This document shows, in pieces, positions 52,816-64,000 of a stretch of 64,000 nucleotides of DNA. This DNA comes from Selaginella moellendorffii (taxonomy: Eukaryota > Plantae > Lycopodiophyta): the NCBI RefSeq assembly GCF_000143415.4, contig NW_003314347.1:395438-459437 (forward strand), read 5' to 3'. The notes under the pieces are model-generated. The model saw only the letters and a list, made by a program, of their open reading frames with translations, ran no database searches and was not told the DNA's origin. A program made the position numbers and the translations under genes. Numbering within the stretch: position 1 is the stretch's first letter; every line of letters starts with the position of its first letter.

Positions 52816-53593
52816 CTAGAACTGATAATAAGATCGCTTTGAAACGTAAGATTTAAAGACGTCGTTGAGCACAGTCTTCGAAACCAGCGACGCCTTGAGC
52901 AGGGACAAGGCCTGAAGTCAAAAGAAACATTGGATCAAAGTGCGAAAGAGATCGGTTTACCTCCTGAGCGCCCACGCTGACTTCGATGCTCTCGAGATCG
53001 GCCATAGCTTTCACCTTGAGCTTGTTGAGCAGGACGATGCTCTTGATGGTCGAAGTCGGGTACACCTCGAGCTCGTCAGTGATCATGAAGATCACATTCT
53101 CCTTCACGTAGCCAGCAGTTTCGGTGGAGTTTTCTTCGTTGGGTAGCATCGTCAGCTCCACAGATCTGCAGTGATGGCATTGAAAGGATGCATTGCCAGC
53201 CCTCACATTGTAGCAGCTAGGATGCCCACACTTATAGTACACCGGGGAAGTAGTCGACTGCGAGCCTTTGATGGCGAGGATCTTTCCTCCCCGAAACGCG
53301 GAAGCATCCGGCGGTGGATTGGTGAGAACACTCTTGCTAACCTCCATGCTCGACTGATCCATCTTCTCGATGCTCTCAAACAGCCTCGCAGCACCGGTCT
53401 CCATGAAGGAATTCACAGTGTTGCCCGCTCGCAGGAGCTTGATCAGAGACCCCACCGGAAGCACGAGAAAGCTCATGAGGAGATCGACGAAGTCCTTCTT
53501 TGCCTCGAGGAAAAGAACAGTGCCCTCCGGCTTCTTGTAGAGGAGATTGACCTTCATCCCCACGGCAGGAGAGCAAGAGCTGGCTCGCCGCAT
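52816..53593 (-). CDS. DUF674-family plant protein (2 exons)
   Basis: VLFLEAKKDFVDLLMSFLVLPVGSLIKLL, GYVK..VIFMITDEL.V.P, spliced end ALSLLKASLVSKTVLNDVF. Confidence 0.88.
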
Positions 53594-53829
53594 GATTCTT
53601 CGAGAAAAAAACTGAGAGCTCGAAACGTGTACACGAATGCCCCGAAACGTTCCAGAAGAGAATCACTTATAATTTCTTGGAGATATATGACAGGCTCGCT
53701 TCTTCCAAGGCCTTGCTCATACCAACGTATGTCACAGGACCGTATGAATCAGATCTCCAGAATCACTATCCGATTTTATAGCTCAGGTTAACTCAAACCT
53801 CCTCTGCCTCGAGAAAGTAAAGGAAAACT

Positions 53830-54420
53830 AATTCCTCTCATCGTGAGGAGGTCCTCGTCTCTCAAAGGAAACAACTCCAACCCCTGGTCTTCGTGAAACG
53901 CCTGTGCGAGACGAGTCCCGGCTGCTAGTGACTGCCGAGGCATTGCCCAAAACAAGCTCTCCATCGCGTCAACGTTTCCATCGCGACCATAATAGCCTCG
54001 AGCAGCAAAAGCCATGAAAGATGGTCCCTGCTAGGCATTTTCTTGAAATTCTTCTCCACAAGCATAGACGACGCTCTGGAAAGCGAAGAGCTCCAGCAAC
54101 ATAGCCCACGACACCGATGACCTCTTACGCCTAAAGATCTGTCAGGCCATTTCCAAATGCTTTGCTCTTCCATAGGCAACCATGAGTGTGTTCCACGAGA
54201 TGGAGTCTCTTCTCGGGAGCTTTTCAAAGATCTCCTGTGCCTCGGGGATGTTGACATTGGGCCACTGGATCTCGAGGAAGACTCGCCGGGCGTCGTGGGC
54301 GCTGCCGTTCCGGACGTGGAGATGGAGCAGCAGATTATAGAGATCGCCGTCCAACCCTCTTCTTGATCCATCCCTCGATCGTGAGATCCCCTCTGAAACG
54401 AAGCATCTTTCGAATATTCT
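53830..54420 (-). pseudogene. Internally deleted copy of the PPR gene at 56057-57418
   Basis: Shares the start (DGDLY, AHDARRVFLEIQ) and end (PRQSLAAGTRL) but lacks ~700 bp of repeats and has frameshifts. Confidence 0.85.
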
Positions 54421-54877
54421 AGTAATAGTTTTTGCTGACTAATCAGAAGAAGCGCCAGCAATGTTTCTCTCGCTGCTCCTCCTCGTGACCAAATGTGACC
54501 TGCCGTACAGAGAATGTTTAAGGGCTCCCGTGGCGATGGACGATGCGTCGCTCGAGGAGGAGGATCTGGCGAGGAGGCACAAGTTTGGAGACATGTACTG
54601 GTTCCATCCGTGAAGAAGTTTGTGCTCAAGAGGGATGATCGAGTTCCAGTGACTCGTACGGGCGAGGGTGTTTTCACGCTAGCGGGATTCAGACCGACGA
54701 AGGTATCAGCAGCAAAGCGAGCGCGATTAGATGGTATGTACGGAAGAACTTCCCGAGAACTTCCTGAGAACTCGCCAACTTTATACTCACGAGTGCTTTG
54801 TAGATGAGCTCGCTCAAGCTACGGTGAACTCTACGTACTAGCTCACGTTACCATGAGGAGCAAGGTGTCCTCCGGCA

Positions 54878-55534
54878 GTGGATAGCTCAACGATGGTAGC
54901 AGCTTCACAGGCTTCCCCGTGGTTGGATTCAACCACAAGCTCCAAACACTTGGGATTTCAACGCTCACGGCTCCTTTTTATTCGACGTCTCGATTTCCAT
55001 AGCTTTGTCACAGGTGAGCGACGTGAAAGCCATCCTGGCGAGAGATCCTACGGCGATACCTATGGAGGGCTGTGGCTGCGAAACGTGAGAGCTTCCAGAG
55101 CTTATCTCGGCGAGAAGAGGGACGTGACGCACGTCGAGTTCTTCGCGTTCAATCACAGGGACTCTGCTCGTCCACAAGCGTACGAGGCGATCATGGAAGA
55201 ACTGGAGCAAATCCTCCTGTTCAAGTACGATGGCATGCCTCACCTCGGGAAGAACCGGCCTCACACTTTCAAGAACATCGGATCCAAGACGAGGAACCTC
55301 GCAAAGTTTCTCGAGGTGAGACGAAAGATGGATCCCGACGGCTGGTTTTCCAGCGAGTGGTCGGGGATCCGAGGGAGTGTGGTGAGCTCCAGCGATGGCT
55401 GCGCGCCCGGAGGGCTGTGTGTTTGCAGCGAAGATCGCCACTGCGCTCCGGAGGAAGGATATCTGTGCAAGCCGGGGATCGTCTACAAGGAAGCGCGCGT
55501 TTATACGAAGACAAGCCACTCTACCGCGAAGTGA
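54878..55534 (+). pseudogene. C-terminal fragment of an L-gulonolactone oxidase-like (ALO-domain FAD oxidase) gene
   Basis: GGLWLRNVRASRAYLG, EELEQILLFKYDGMPHLGKNR, DPDGWFSSEWS, GLCVCSEDRHCAP. No FAD-binding N-terminus visible; degraded pieces may extend back to ~54500. Confidence 0.78.
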
Positions 55535-56056
55535 TCGATCCATTTCTATACAAAATTTACAAGATCAATTGGTATAAGCACTACTCTTTCGTTGGATCAT
55601 CGAAATGGCAGTCTCGATCAGCTGACATGTGCGTGTTGTCGATGTTTTCACATGATCACATGGTATTGGATGGTATTGGATTCCGAGGGTCGAGGCTGGC
55701 TGAGATTTGTAGTTGCTGCCATGGCGACTTCAAACCCCCATGGCTTCCTTGTTCTTTAACTATGACGAGCTGGATCTGATTTCCTGTAGAGGAGATTAGC
55801 TTTCATTTCCACGTCAGGGGAGTAAAGAGCTAGCACGCGGCATGATCAAGAGCTCCAAACTTTTCCATCTAGAGACTCACTTATATTGACACGAATGCCT
55901 CGAAACTTTCTGAGAAGAAAATCAGTTCTAATTCCTTGGTTTGCGAGATATATGACAGGTTCGCTTAATCCAAGGCCTTGCATATACCAAGGCATGATCT
56001 AAAACGTATGGGAATTAAAAAGGAGAGCTATCCGCTTGATTCCTTGAAGCTTTTGA

Positions 56057-57418
56057 TCAATGCCTCTCATCTTGAAGCTCGCATAGGAAATCCTCATCTT
56101 TGAAAGAAAAGCTCTCGTACAACTCCAACCCCTTCTCTCCAAAACCATTCTCGTGAAACGCCTCTACGAGACGAGTCCCGGCTGCTAGTGATTGCCGAGG
56201 CATCGCCTGAAACAAGCTCTCCATTGCGCCAACTTTTCCATCACGACCATAAGCTTCGAGCAGCAACAGCCATGAAAGATGGTCCCTGCTCGGCATTTTC
56301 TTGAAAATCTTCTCCACAAGCCTAGACGACGCTCCGTGGAAAGCGAAGAGCTCCAGCAACACAGCCCACGACACCGATGATCTCTGAGGCATACGCTTGA
56401 AGACCTGCCAGGCCATTTCCAAATGCTTTGCTCTTCCATAGGCAACCATGAGTGTGTTCCATGAGATGGAGTCTCTTCTCGGGAGCTTTTCAAAGATCTC
56501 CTGTGCCTCGGCCATGAATCCCACCCTCGAGTAGGCCTTGAGAATCAAATTCCACGAGACGAGATCATGCTGTGGCATTCTCTCGAAGAAGATCTCGGCC
56601 TGATCGACGAGACCATTGTGCGAATACGCCGCTGCCATGGAGTTCCAGATCCTCAAGTTCCTCACCGGCATCTTCCTAAAGAGAAACTCCGCTTCTTCGT
56701 GCTGCTCAAACTCTCCCAGCGCCGCCAGCATTGTCGCGCAAGAGATGAGATCCGCCTCGGGCATTTCATCCATCAAACGCCTCGCCTTTTCCAAATGCCC
56801 ATTTAAGGCAAATGCCGCAAGCATTGCGTTCCAAGCAACGATATTGCGCTGCGGGATCTTGTCAAACACTTCCACGGCAAGTTCTAGCAAGCAGAGATCG
56901 CCATAGCCGGTAAGAATCGTCGTCCACGAGATCACACTGCGATCGACCATCCTGTCAAACAGATCCTTCATTTGATCCAGATAGCCCCCACGGGCAAATG
57001 CTGTAACGATCGCGTTGACGCAGTAGATGCTCCACTGCGGGATCTTGGCGAAGAACTCAAAGGCCAGCGCGAGACTGCTGCTCTCGACATGCGCGGCGAC
57101 GATTGACGACCACGACACTGGATCGCGCCGCGGCATCTGGTGGAAGAGCTCGGTGGCGTCAGACAGATGCCCATTCTCGGCAAGCGCCTGGCAGAGGATG
57201 TTCCAAGAGAAGACATTGGGGCGCTGGATCTCGAGGAAGACTCGCCGGGCGTCGTGGGCGCCGCCGCTCCGGCCGTAGAGATGGAGCAGCAGATTGGCGA
57301 TGTAGAGATCGCCATCCAATCCATCCTTTTTGATCCACTCCTCGATCGTCCTCGCGAGGGCGAGGTCGCGGCCCGCCGTCTTCAAGAGATGGGCATAGGC
57401 CCCTCTGGAACGAAGCAT
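56057..57418 (-). CDS. PPR protein (short-repeat PLS-related; no E/DYW seen)
   Basis: 453-aa intronless ORF with tandem xVSWNxxLxAYxxxG...FxxMP repeats. Confidence 0.9.
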   Translation of the reverse strand: MLRSRGAYAHLLKTAGRDLALARTIEEWIKKDGLDGDLYIANLLLHLYGRSGGAHDARRVFLEIQRPNVFSWNILCQALAENGHLSDATELFHQMPRRDPVSWSSIVAAHVESSSLALAFEFFAKIPQWSIYCVNAIVTAFARGGYLDQMKDLFDRMVDRSVISWTTILTGYGDLCLLELAVEVFDKIPQRNIVAWNAMLAAFALNGHLEKARRLMDEMPEADLISCATMLAALGEFEQHEEAEFLFRKMPVRNLRIWNSMAAAYSHNGLVDQAEIFFERMPQHDLVSWNLILKAYSRVGFMAEAQEIFEKLPRRDSISWNTLMVAYGRAKHLEMAWQVFKRMPQRSSVSWAVLLELFAFHGASSRLVEKIFKKMPSRDHLSWLLLLEAYGRDGKVGAMESLFQAMPRQSLAAGTRLVEAFHENGFGEKGLELYESFSFKDEDFLCELQDERH

Positions 57419-57564
57419 CTTTAGAATATTCCATATCTTAGCGCGACTAGAAGTGGAAGCTCGCCAACTTTGTGTGTAGATGAGCTCTACGTACTATTGC
57501 AAGAACGCTCGCACTTGGGATCGTCCACAAAGGAGCAAGTGATCGATCCATTTCTATACAAAGT

Positions 57565-59108
57565 TTACAAGAAATCTATCATTGGATCATCGGAATGGAC
57601 GCGTTTGATCCTGTAAGCTTCGAGATCTTCGGCAGTGAAGACGTCGTGCGAGGACGCCGCATTGTATTTCCTCTTCCTCTCGTCCTTCTCTTCGTTCTCG
57701 GCCTCCTCTATCCTCTCGAGAGCCTGCTCGAGTTTCTTCTCGTCAAGATCACACACCCGCTTGACGATAATCTCTTCTCCACCTTCAAGACTTCTTAGAT
57801 TCTCCCGCAAGAGACTCTGAGCCGAGGCCTGTGCAGCGGCGATCCCGGCCTCCCAAGTGCAGTAGCTGTTCTTGCCAAACTGCCAGCAGCACTTGAATCC
57901 CCACTGCCCGTTCGCAAAGAACGATCCCCACACGCTGGTATGGTTGCCGAGGAAGACGTCCTCCTCATACTTGCTAGCTGCGACCACGATCACTCCCTCG
58001 CTTCCCTTGATCACCCTTCCAGCTCTATCATACTGGACTTGCGTCTCGGTTTGGCCGAGAAGCAGCTCCACGGGGAGCTTCTCCTCGCAAGCGGCGTTCC
58101 CATACTTGTCCTTGATCCTGGCCGAAGTTTCCTGCTTCAGCTTCTCCTTCTTCATCTTAAACTCCCTGTGGTGAAGCTCGGCCTGCGACGGCGCTGCCTG
58201 GGGATGAATGCCTTGTCCCTTCGCATAAGCTTCCATGGCGTGGATGTTTAGCAGCTGAAAGTCGCGAGCCTCGCCGGTCATCCTGTCCTGGTTGTCTCCC
58301 GCGTAGAACTTCTCGCTGGGATCACTGCTGGGCAGCGGGTCCTCGCGCATCGATCGCGACTTTGCATCGAAGTGTGCCGAGTTTGGGTCGAGGTTCTTCA
58401 AGTACTTGGCCTGGTCCTCTCGGATCCGCAAGTTCTTCACAGTCCCAGTGCTCCCACCCCCGGCAGTCTTCACTCGCTTTTCCACCCTCGCGAAATCCAT
58501 CTGCTTGCTCTCGTCAACTTTGGCCTCGTCGTGATCGTGATCCTCTTCGTCACTGGTCTCCTCATCGCCACCTCTAGGCTCCATCATCTTCTTGAGCTGC
58601 TCCACCTTCCTAAACTTGCTTCGTGCCTCGTCCCGGCGCTCGTAGTGCTCGATCACGCTCGAGTAGCTGGCCGGATCATATCCATTCCACCGGTCACTCT
58701 TGCCATCGTAGTCCAGCTCCAAGCTCTCGACTTCCTCGTCCGCCGCGATGCTCTTGTTGGTCCACTTCGCGCCCACAGTCCTCGGCCTCTCCAGGCACGC
58801 CTTTGCATCGTGCGTCATGGCACCGCAGTTCTGGCAAGCGCCCTTTCGGTACTTGGTCGCCTGGTGCGTCTTGCGTCCTCGATCGTGCCGCTCATTCGTG
58901 GCCGCGCAGCCGGATTTGTGCTTGGATTTCCAGTTGTGCTGGTGCTTGAGCGTCGCCTTGGCTTCATTGACATACCACGGCGCGGCGGACATGAATTGAG
59001 GAATGTGAGGATTGATCTCCTTGCTGTCCTCGTCGAGCTCCGACGGCGCCATGCCGCCCTCCGCGCCTCCTCCAGCTCCATCTTCTTGCGATCCCTGAAA
59101 CCCACCAT
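57565..59108 (-). CDS. SLU7: Pre-mRNA splicing factor SLU7 homologue, intronless, with a 1-nt frameshift near 59053-59059 (ORF from Met 59052 remains open)
   Basis: EINPHIPQFMSAAPWY, YRKGACQNCGAMTHDAKACLERPR (zinc knuckle), DRWNGYD, NLRIRED.AKYL.NL, SKYEED, NHTSVWGS, DDPM. Confidence 0.9.
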
Positions 59109-59209
59109 AGTCGCTCGCTAGAACAAACCCTAGCAATGCTTTAAAAAGCTTTCGCTAGAACCCTAAAAGGGGACCTTAATAATAAGTTAAAAGAGTTCAA
59201 AACTTTAGC

Positions 59210-59745
59210 CATTGTGGTCGTGGAACATACTCATGGTTGCCTGTAAGCATTTGGAAATGGCCTGTAAGCATTTGGAAATGGCCTGTAAGCATTTGGAAAT
59301 GGCCTGGCAGATATTCAACTCAGATTTCCTAGACCTTTTTTGCTTTCCACAGAATATCTGTTAGAACCTGATGCAGAGCAGATCCCGAGCCCTCTCCGCC
59401 ACTGCTCACAGGCTGTGAGCAACCGTGTCCCCCAAAAGCCCTTGATTAGTCGTGAACTAATCTCTGTAAAATAAACTGACTAAACTTAACTTAGTCATAT
59501 TTTAAGCCACATGGATTAACATTACGCCCTCATTTTCTTGAAAATCTTTTCCACAAATCCTTCATGGTTTTTGCTGCTCGATTATTGTCGCGATGGAAAT
59601 GTTGAGAGCTTGTCAAACGCTACTCGTTTGGCAGAGGTGTTTCACAAGAGAAGGGGTTGGAGTTGTAGGAGTACGGGAGCTTTCCTTTCAAAGACAAGGA
59701 CTTCCTACGCGAGTTTCAAGATGAGAGGCATTGATCAAAAGCTCC
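59210..59745 (+). pseudogene. Inverted 3' PPR fragment with a 21-bp triple repeat and an internal insertion
   Basis: Reverse complement of 56050-56460 (GGAACATACTCATGGTTGCC...GATGAGAGGCATTGATCAAAAGCT); (GCCTGTAAGCATTTGGAAATG)x3 at ~59238-59300. Confidence 0.75.
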
Positions 59746-59815
59746 AAGGCTTTAAAGTTTGAAGGCATATAGTGATTTTGGAGATCTTATGTGATGACTG
59801 AGACCATAACCAAGC

Positions 59816-61236
59816 GCCTCCCGTTAAACACCATCTTGATTCACTCTCTCTCCACTTACCAGGCGATCACGTGGCATCAGCCCTCCTTTTTGTTTTCTCT
59901 CCAGCGCACTCCCTCTCCCGTCCGTCGCCGCTGCACACTCCCGCCCGCGGCTATCGCCCGCCCGCGGCTCCCGCCCAGCGTGCGCCCTAAAATTACTTCC
60001 ACGTGGCCACAGCCCCAACACTTCCCTGGTCCACCCGGATGGTTGCCCCATAATTGACCTAAAAACGTTTCTGTTTCTTTTATGATCGGGCATGGCAGCA
60101 GCACATCAATTTCCAGAGGTAAGCAATTAATTCAATTTCATATTGATTCAAGAAAATCATTTAGGATCCCCCATGGCTTGATGAGGTGCAAGAATTCCAT
60201 GAAAAGGATTATTTTTGTGCAGATGATTTAGATTGGAATTTGTCTAAATCAAATGAAACTATAGCTCCTATTGTGTATATATTACAGAAGGATGTGAACA
60301 AATTTCTAGATGGTGAGAGGAGAAGGGGTGATGGAGTGGATTTTTGGCGATTTTCTAATAAAAATCGTGATCCTGGAGATTTGAAACGACCCAAAAACAC
60401 AAGCTTTTTATCATTAATCAGGTATATCTTTTTAACAAAATATAATTACTAACTTCATGATATAGGTACAGGACTACTATAGAGGTAATTTACACTAAAT
60501 AAATTTTAAATATTGATATGAACTTTAAGCAGGAAGTCACTCCATCAAAAGTTACAAAAATAACATTACAACAAAAGATGATGGATATCTTACAAGATCT
60601 TTCTGATGAAGAAACTTTTTTATCTATGGTTGACAACAATTTAAAAATGATACAGCAGAAGGTTGCAACTTTTAAAGCCAAGCTAGACGATCTTATTCAT
60701 CCTACAGCAGATAGTTATGGTACATCCTTGAAGCGAGTAAAACCTTTGGTGGAAAGAATTACAGGTAAAAGAAAAGCTTTTAGTAGTCCAGAAGCAACTC
60801 CTTTTACTAGGCAGAGGAAGACAAGAAAGAAAAGCTCTTTAAACGAAAAACTCAATCTTAGCAAAGAATAAATAAAAAAAACAAACTTATACTTACATTG
60901 CAATGTATTTAAATTAGCGAGAAGATTTCATAAGTTTACCACTCCTAATGGTCATCCATGACACTCATTGGCCACGTAAAGCACGTAGAAAGGCGTCCAC
61001 GCGCGCGCTGATTGAAATTTGGGGCTGTGGCCACGTGGAAGTAATTTTAGGGCGCACGCTGGGCGCGGGCGGACGTGCGGGGGCGGGTGGGAGTGCGGGC
61101 GGGCGATAGCCGCGGAGCACGGACGGGAGAGGTGGAGATAAAACAAAAAAGAGGGCTGATGCCACGTCATCGCCAGGTAAGCGGAGAGAGAGTGAATCAG
61201 GATGGTGTTTAACGGGAGGCCCATTGAACGGGAGGC
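59816..61236. mobile_element. Non-autonomous DNA transposon with ~200-bp GC-rich TIRs (Mutator-like architecture)
   Basis: GCCTCCCGTTAAACACCATC...CACGTGGCCACAGCCCCAA (59816-60018) is inverted at 61019-61220. AT-rich interior with short ORFs; CAAGC flanks both ends. Confidence 0.8.
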
Positions 61237-61399
61237 CAAGCGCGGCCTTGGAATAAGCAAGACTGTATATTCAATGCCTCCCGTTAAATAAGCAAGACTG
61301 TATATTCAATCAAACCAAAGTGGTTCGCATTATTTATGGCGAGTGTCTTGTCCGGAACAAGAAAGTTTCGAGCTCTCTCCTTGTTTTTCGAAAAAGGTC

Positions 61400-62164
61400 A
61401 TGCCGCGCGCTAGCTCTGGCGTGGAGATGAAGGTCAATCTCCTCTACAAGAAGCCGGATGGCACTGTTCTTTTCCTCGAGGCAAAGAAGGACTTCGTCGA
61501 TCTCCTCATGAGCTTTCTTGTGCTTCCGGTGGGGTCTGTGATCAAGCTCCTGCGAACTGTGGATTCCGGCATGGAGACTGGTGCCACGAGGCTGTTTGAG
61601 AGTATCGAGAAAATGGATCAGTCGAGCATGGAAGTCAGTAAGAGTGTTCTCACCAATCCAGCGCCAGATACTTTTGCGTTCCATGGAGGAAAGATGCTCA
61701 CCATCGAAAACTCGCAGTCGACTACTTCCCCGGTGTACTATAAGTGTGGGTACAGTAGCTGCTACAATGCGAGGGCTGACAATGCATCCTTTTCATGCCA
61801 TCAGAACTACGGCTATCAACCTGTACAGTTGACGATGCTACCCAATGAAGAAAACTCCACCAAAACTGCTGGCTACGTGAAGGAGAATGTGATCTTCATG
61901 ATCACCGACGAGCTCGAGGTGTACCCGACTTCGACCATCAAGAGCATCGTCCTGCTCAACAAGCTCAAGGTGAAAGCTATGGCTGATCTCGAGAGCATCG
62001 AGGTCAGCGTGGGCGCTCACGAGGTTTAAACTGATCTCTCTCGTACTCTGATCTTCCAATGTTTCTTTTGACTTCAGGCCTTGTCTCTGCTCAAGGCGTC
62101 GCTGGTTTCAAAGACTGTGCTCAACGACGTCTTCAAATCCTACGTCTCACAGCGATCCTTTTAG
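61400..62164 (+). CDS. DUF674-family plant protein (2 exons), inverted paralogue of 52816-53593
   Basis: Same motifs and intron position as the minus-strand copy; stop at 62162-62164. Confidence 0.88.
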
Positions 62165-62424
62165 ATCAATCATGTCTTCTCTTTCGCGACTTTAATCTAT
62201 AGCTGCTACGACGTTTGTGGAGCTTTCTTTAGCTGGTTTCGCTTCTCAAGTTCTCATCCTTTGTAGTAAGGAGTAGTGGCTCTTCGGCTTCTATCTCGGT
62301 TGGCGCAGTATGGGCTTTAAAGCCATTGAAAGGGTAAAAAAGTAGCCCTCCACTATAGAACCCTAAAAGTTTTTTCGCTTCGATCTATCGTCAGGGCGGA
62401 AGGATTCTCCGGCGCCGCACGGGA

Positions 62425-63873
62425 ATGGGAAGGATCAGCTTCTTCTTTCTGGTACTCCTCTTTGTGGCATTCACTGCTGCGATCTACAACACCGCTAGAT
62501 TCATCGCCGCAAGCGACAGCACTCTCGGCGGCGGGGAGGAGGAGTTCGATTTCAATCCCGGCGGCAAGAAGAAGCTCTTCCACACGGTAGTGACCTCCTC
62601 GTCGGGATCTTACGCGCGCTGGCAATGCCGGATCATGTACTACTGGTTCAAGAAGTTCAAGGACCAGCCAGGGTCGGAGATGGGCGGATTCACGAGAATT
62701 CTCCACTCGGGAGCTCCGGATGATCTCATGGATGAGATCCCGACCTTCGTTGCCGATCCTCTTCCCTCCGGTTTGGACAAGGTAGCGTGATCTTTGCTTC
62801 TTTCTTTCTCCCATACTTTTTTTTTCTTTCTTTCTTTACTTCGCAGGGATACATAGTGCTCCATCGACCTTGGGCTTTCGTCCAGTGGCTTCGCAATGCT
62901 ACCATTGAGGAAGAGTACGTTGTTCTACTTTTCTTCGTGTTGCTCGAGAACTTTGGTTACCTCTTTCGCAGCTATATCTTCATGGCCGAGCCCGACCATC
63001 TCATCACGAAGCCTCTTCCAAATCTGGCTTCCAGGCTGCGGCCCGCGGCGTTTCCATTCTTTTACATCACTCCCGAGAAATACGAGCGCGAGGTTGGAAA
63101 GTTTTTCAAAGGACCTGTGCAAGCTGTCGATCCGGTGGGAAATTCTCCTGCGATCATTCACAAGGTACGCAAGGTTTTTCGAGCTTGGGAAAGACTTCCT
63201 CGCAGCTTGGTGGACTTTGCAGGCTCAGCTTCTAAGAATTGCTCCAACTTGGCACAATCTTTCGATTCAAATGAAGCAGGACCCGGAGACTGATAAAGCA
63301 TTTGGCTGGGTTTTGGAGATGTAAGTATAGAGCTCTTTTTTCCTATGGTGTTGTTGATCCTACCGTGTTGTTCATAGGTACGCGTATGCTATTGCTTCCG
63401 CTGTTCACGGTGTGAAGCACACTTTGCGTAAGGACTTTATGATTCAGGTTTGGATTCAATCTACCTAGTTTCTGTGGAGATTGATTTTGCTGATGGTTTC
63501 TCGCAGCCTCCTTGGGATACATCACTGGGAGACAAATATATCATCCATTACACATACGGCTGCGATTACACTCTGGAGGTAGTACACCTACTGTTACGCA
63601 TCCAAATGAAGTTAGCTTCCTCGTCTCAGGGTGTTTTGACGTACGGGAAAGTTGGAGAATGGCGTTTCGATAAGAGATCGTTTACAGCAGGTGCTCCTCC
63701 GCGAAACTTAACACTGCCACCTGCAAATGTCCCAGGAAGTGTGGTACGTTTTTCTCTCATATTATACTTCTTGTCTTATTGTTCGTGCTGCGTCGCGTCA
63801 CTTACAGGCTATGCTTGTCAAGATGATCAACCAGGCAACAGCTGACATACCAAACTGGAAAGCTGGAGAGTAG
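62425..63873 (+). CDS. HPAT: Hydroxyproline O-arabinosyltransferase (GT95), multi-exon
   Basis: Type II membrane anchor, YARWQCRIMYYWF, MGGFTRILHSG, RPWAFVQWL, MAEPDH, FPFFYI, GNSP, AFGWVLEMY, QPPWD, IHYTYGCDY, WRFDKR. Confidence 0.95.
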
Positions 63874-64000
63874 AAACAAAACCGCGCTTTGGTCTCGCGA
63901 TTCTAATTTTTCTCGGGAAGTAAGCCTGCCTTCGTTTCCTTGACGCCGAAGCTAATGAACTCTGGCTTGCAGCTTGGATATTCGGGGAATGTCCGGACCC

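Noticed and set aside
59238-59300. Repeated 21-mer resembling a CRISPR array
   Set aside because: Head-to-tail tandem repeat with no spacers, inside a PPR pseudogene in eukaryotic DNA.
59359-59521. TGTTA...TAACA segment as a solo LTR (similarly 44562-44677)
   Set aside because: No TSD and no second copy in the window, so it cannot be supported.

Overview
Compact, intron-rich land-plant nuclear DNA. Very short introns, tight gene packing and PPR genes built from short repeats suggest the lycophyte Selaginella (inference, not verified). 1-25.4 kb is a housekeeping block: SAM-domain gene end, DUF7086-like gene, RPS12, RCD1/SRO-like gene, B-lectin, PPR, LBD, CCD8, TOP2, an intronless orphan, hexokinase and IscA. 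26.3-38.2 kb is a nested LTR-retrotransposon complex. 38.7-50.2 kb is a triplicated array of an intronless, fungal-type HAD-like/class II terpene cyclase (DxDT and QW motifs, AstC/drimenol-synthase-like). One copy is intact and two are pseudogenes, interleaved with MATE and IscA fragments and ending in an intact MATE transporter that sits head-to-head with a class 3 lipase. 52.4-62.3 kb is a rearranged block of direct and inverted duplications (DUF674, PPR, a GulLO-like fragment, an intronless frameshifted SLU7, a long-TIR DNA transposon), followed by HPAT. The best candidate for an undescribed system is the microbial-type cyclase with a degenerate phosphatase domain, linked to the MATE and possibly the lipase as a putative drimane-type sesquiterpenoid locus. 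All family assignments come from motif recognition; no searches were run.
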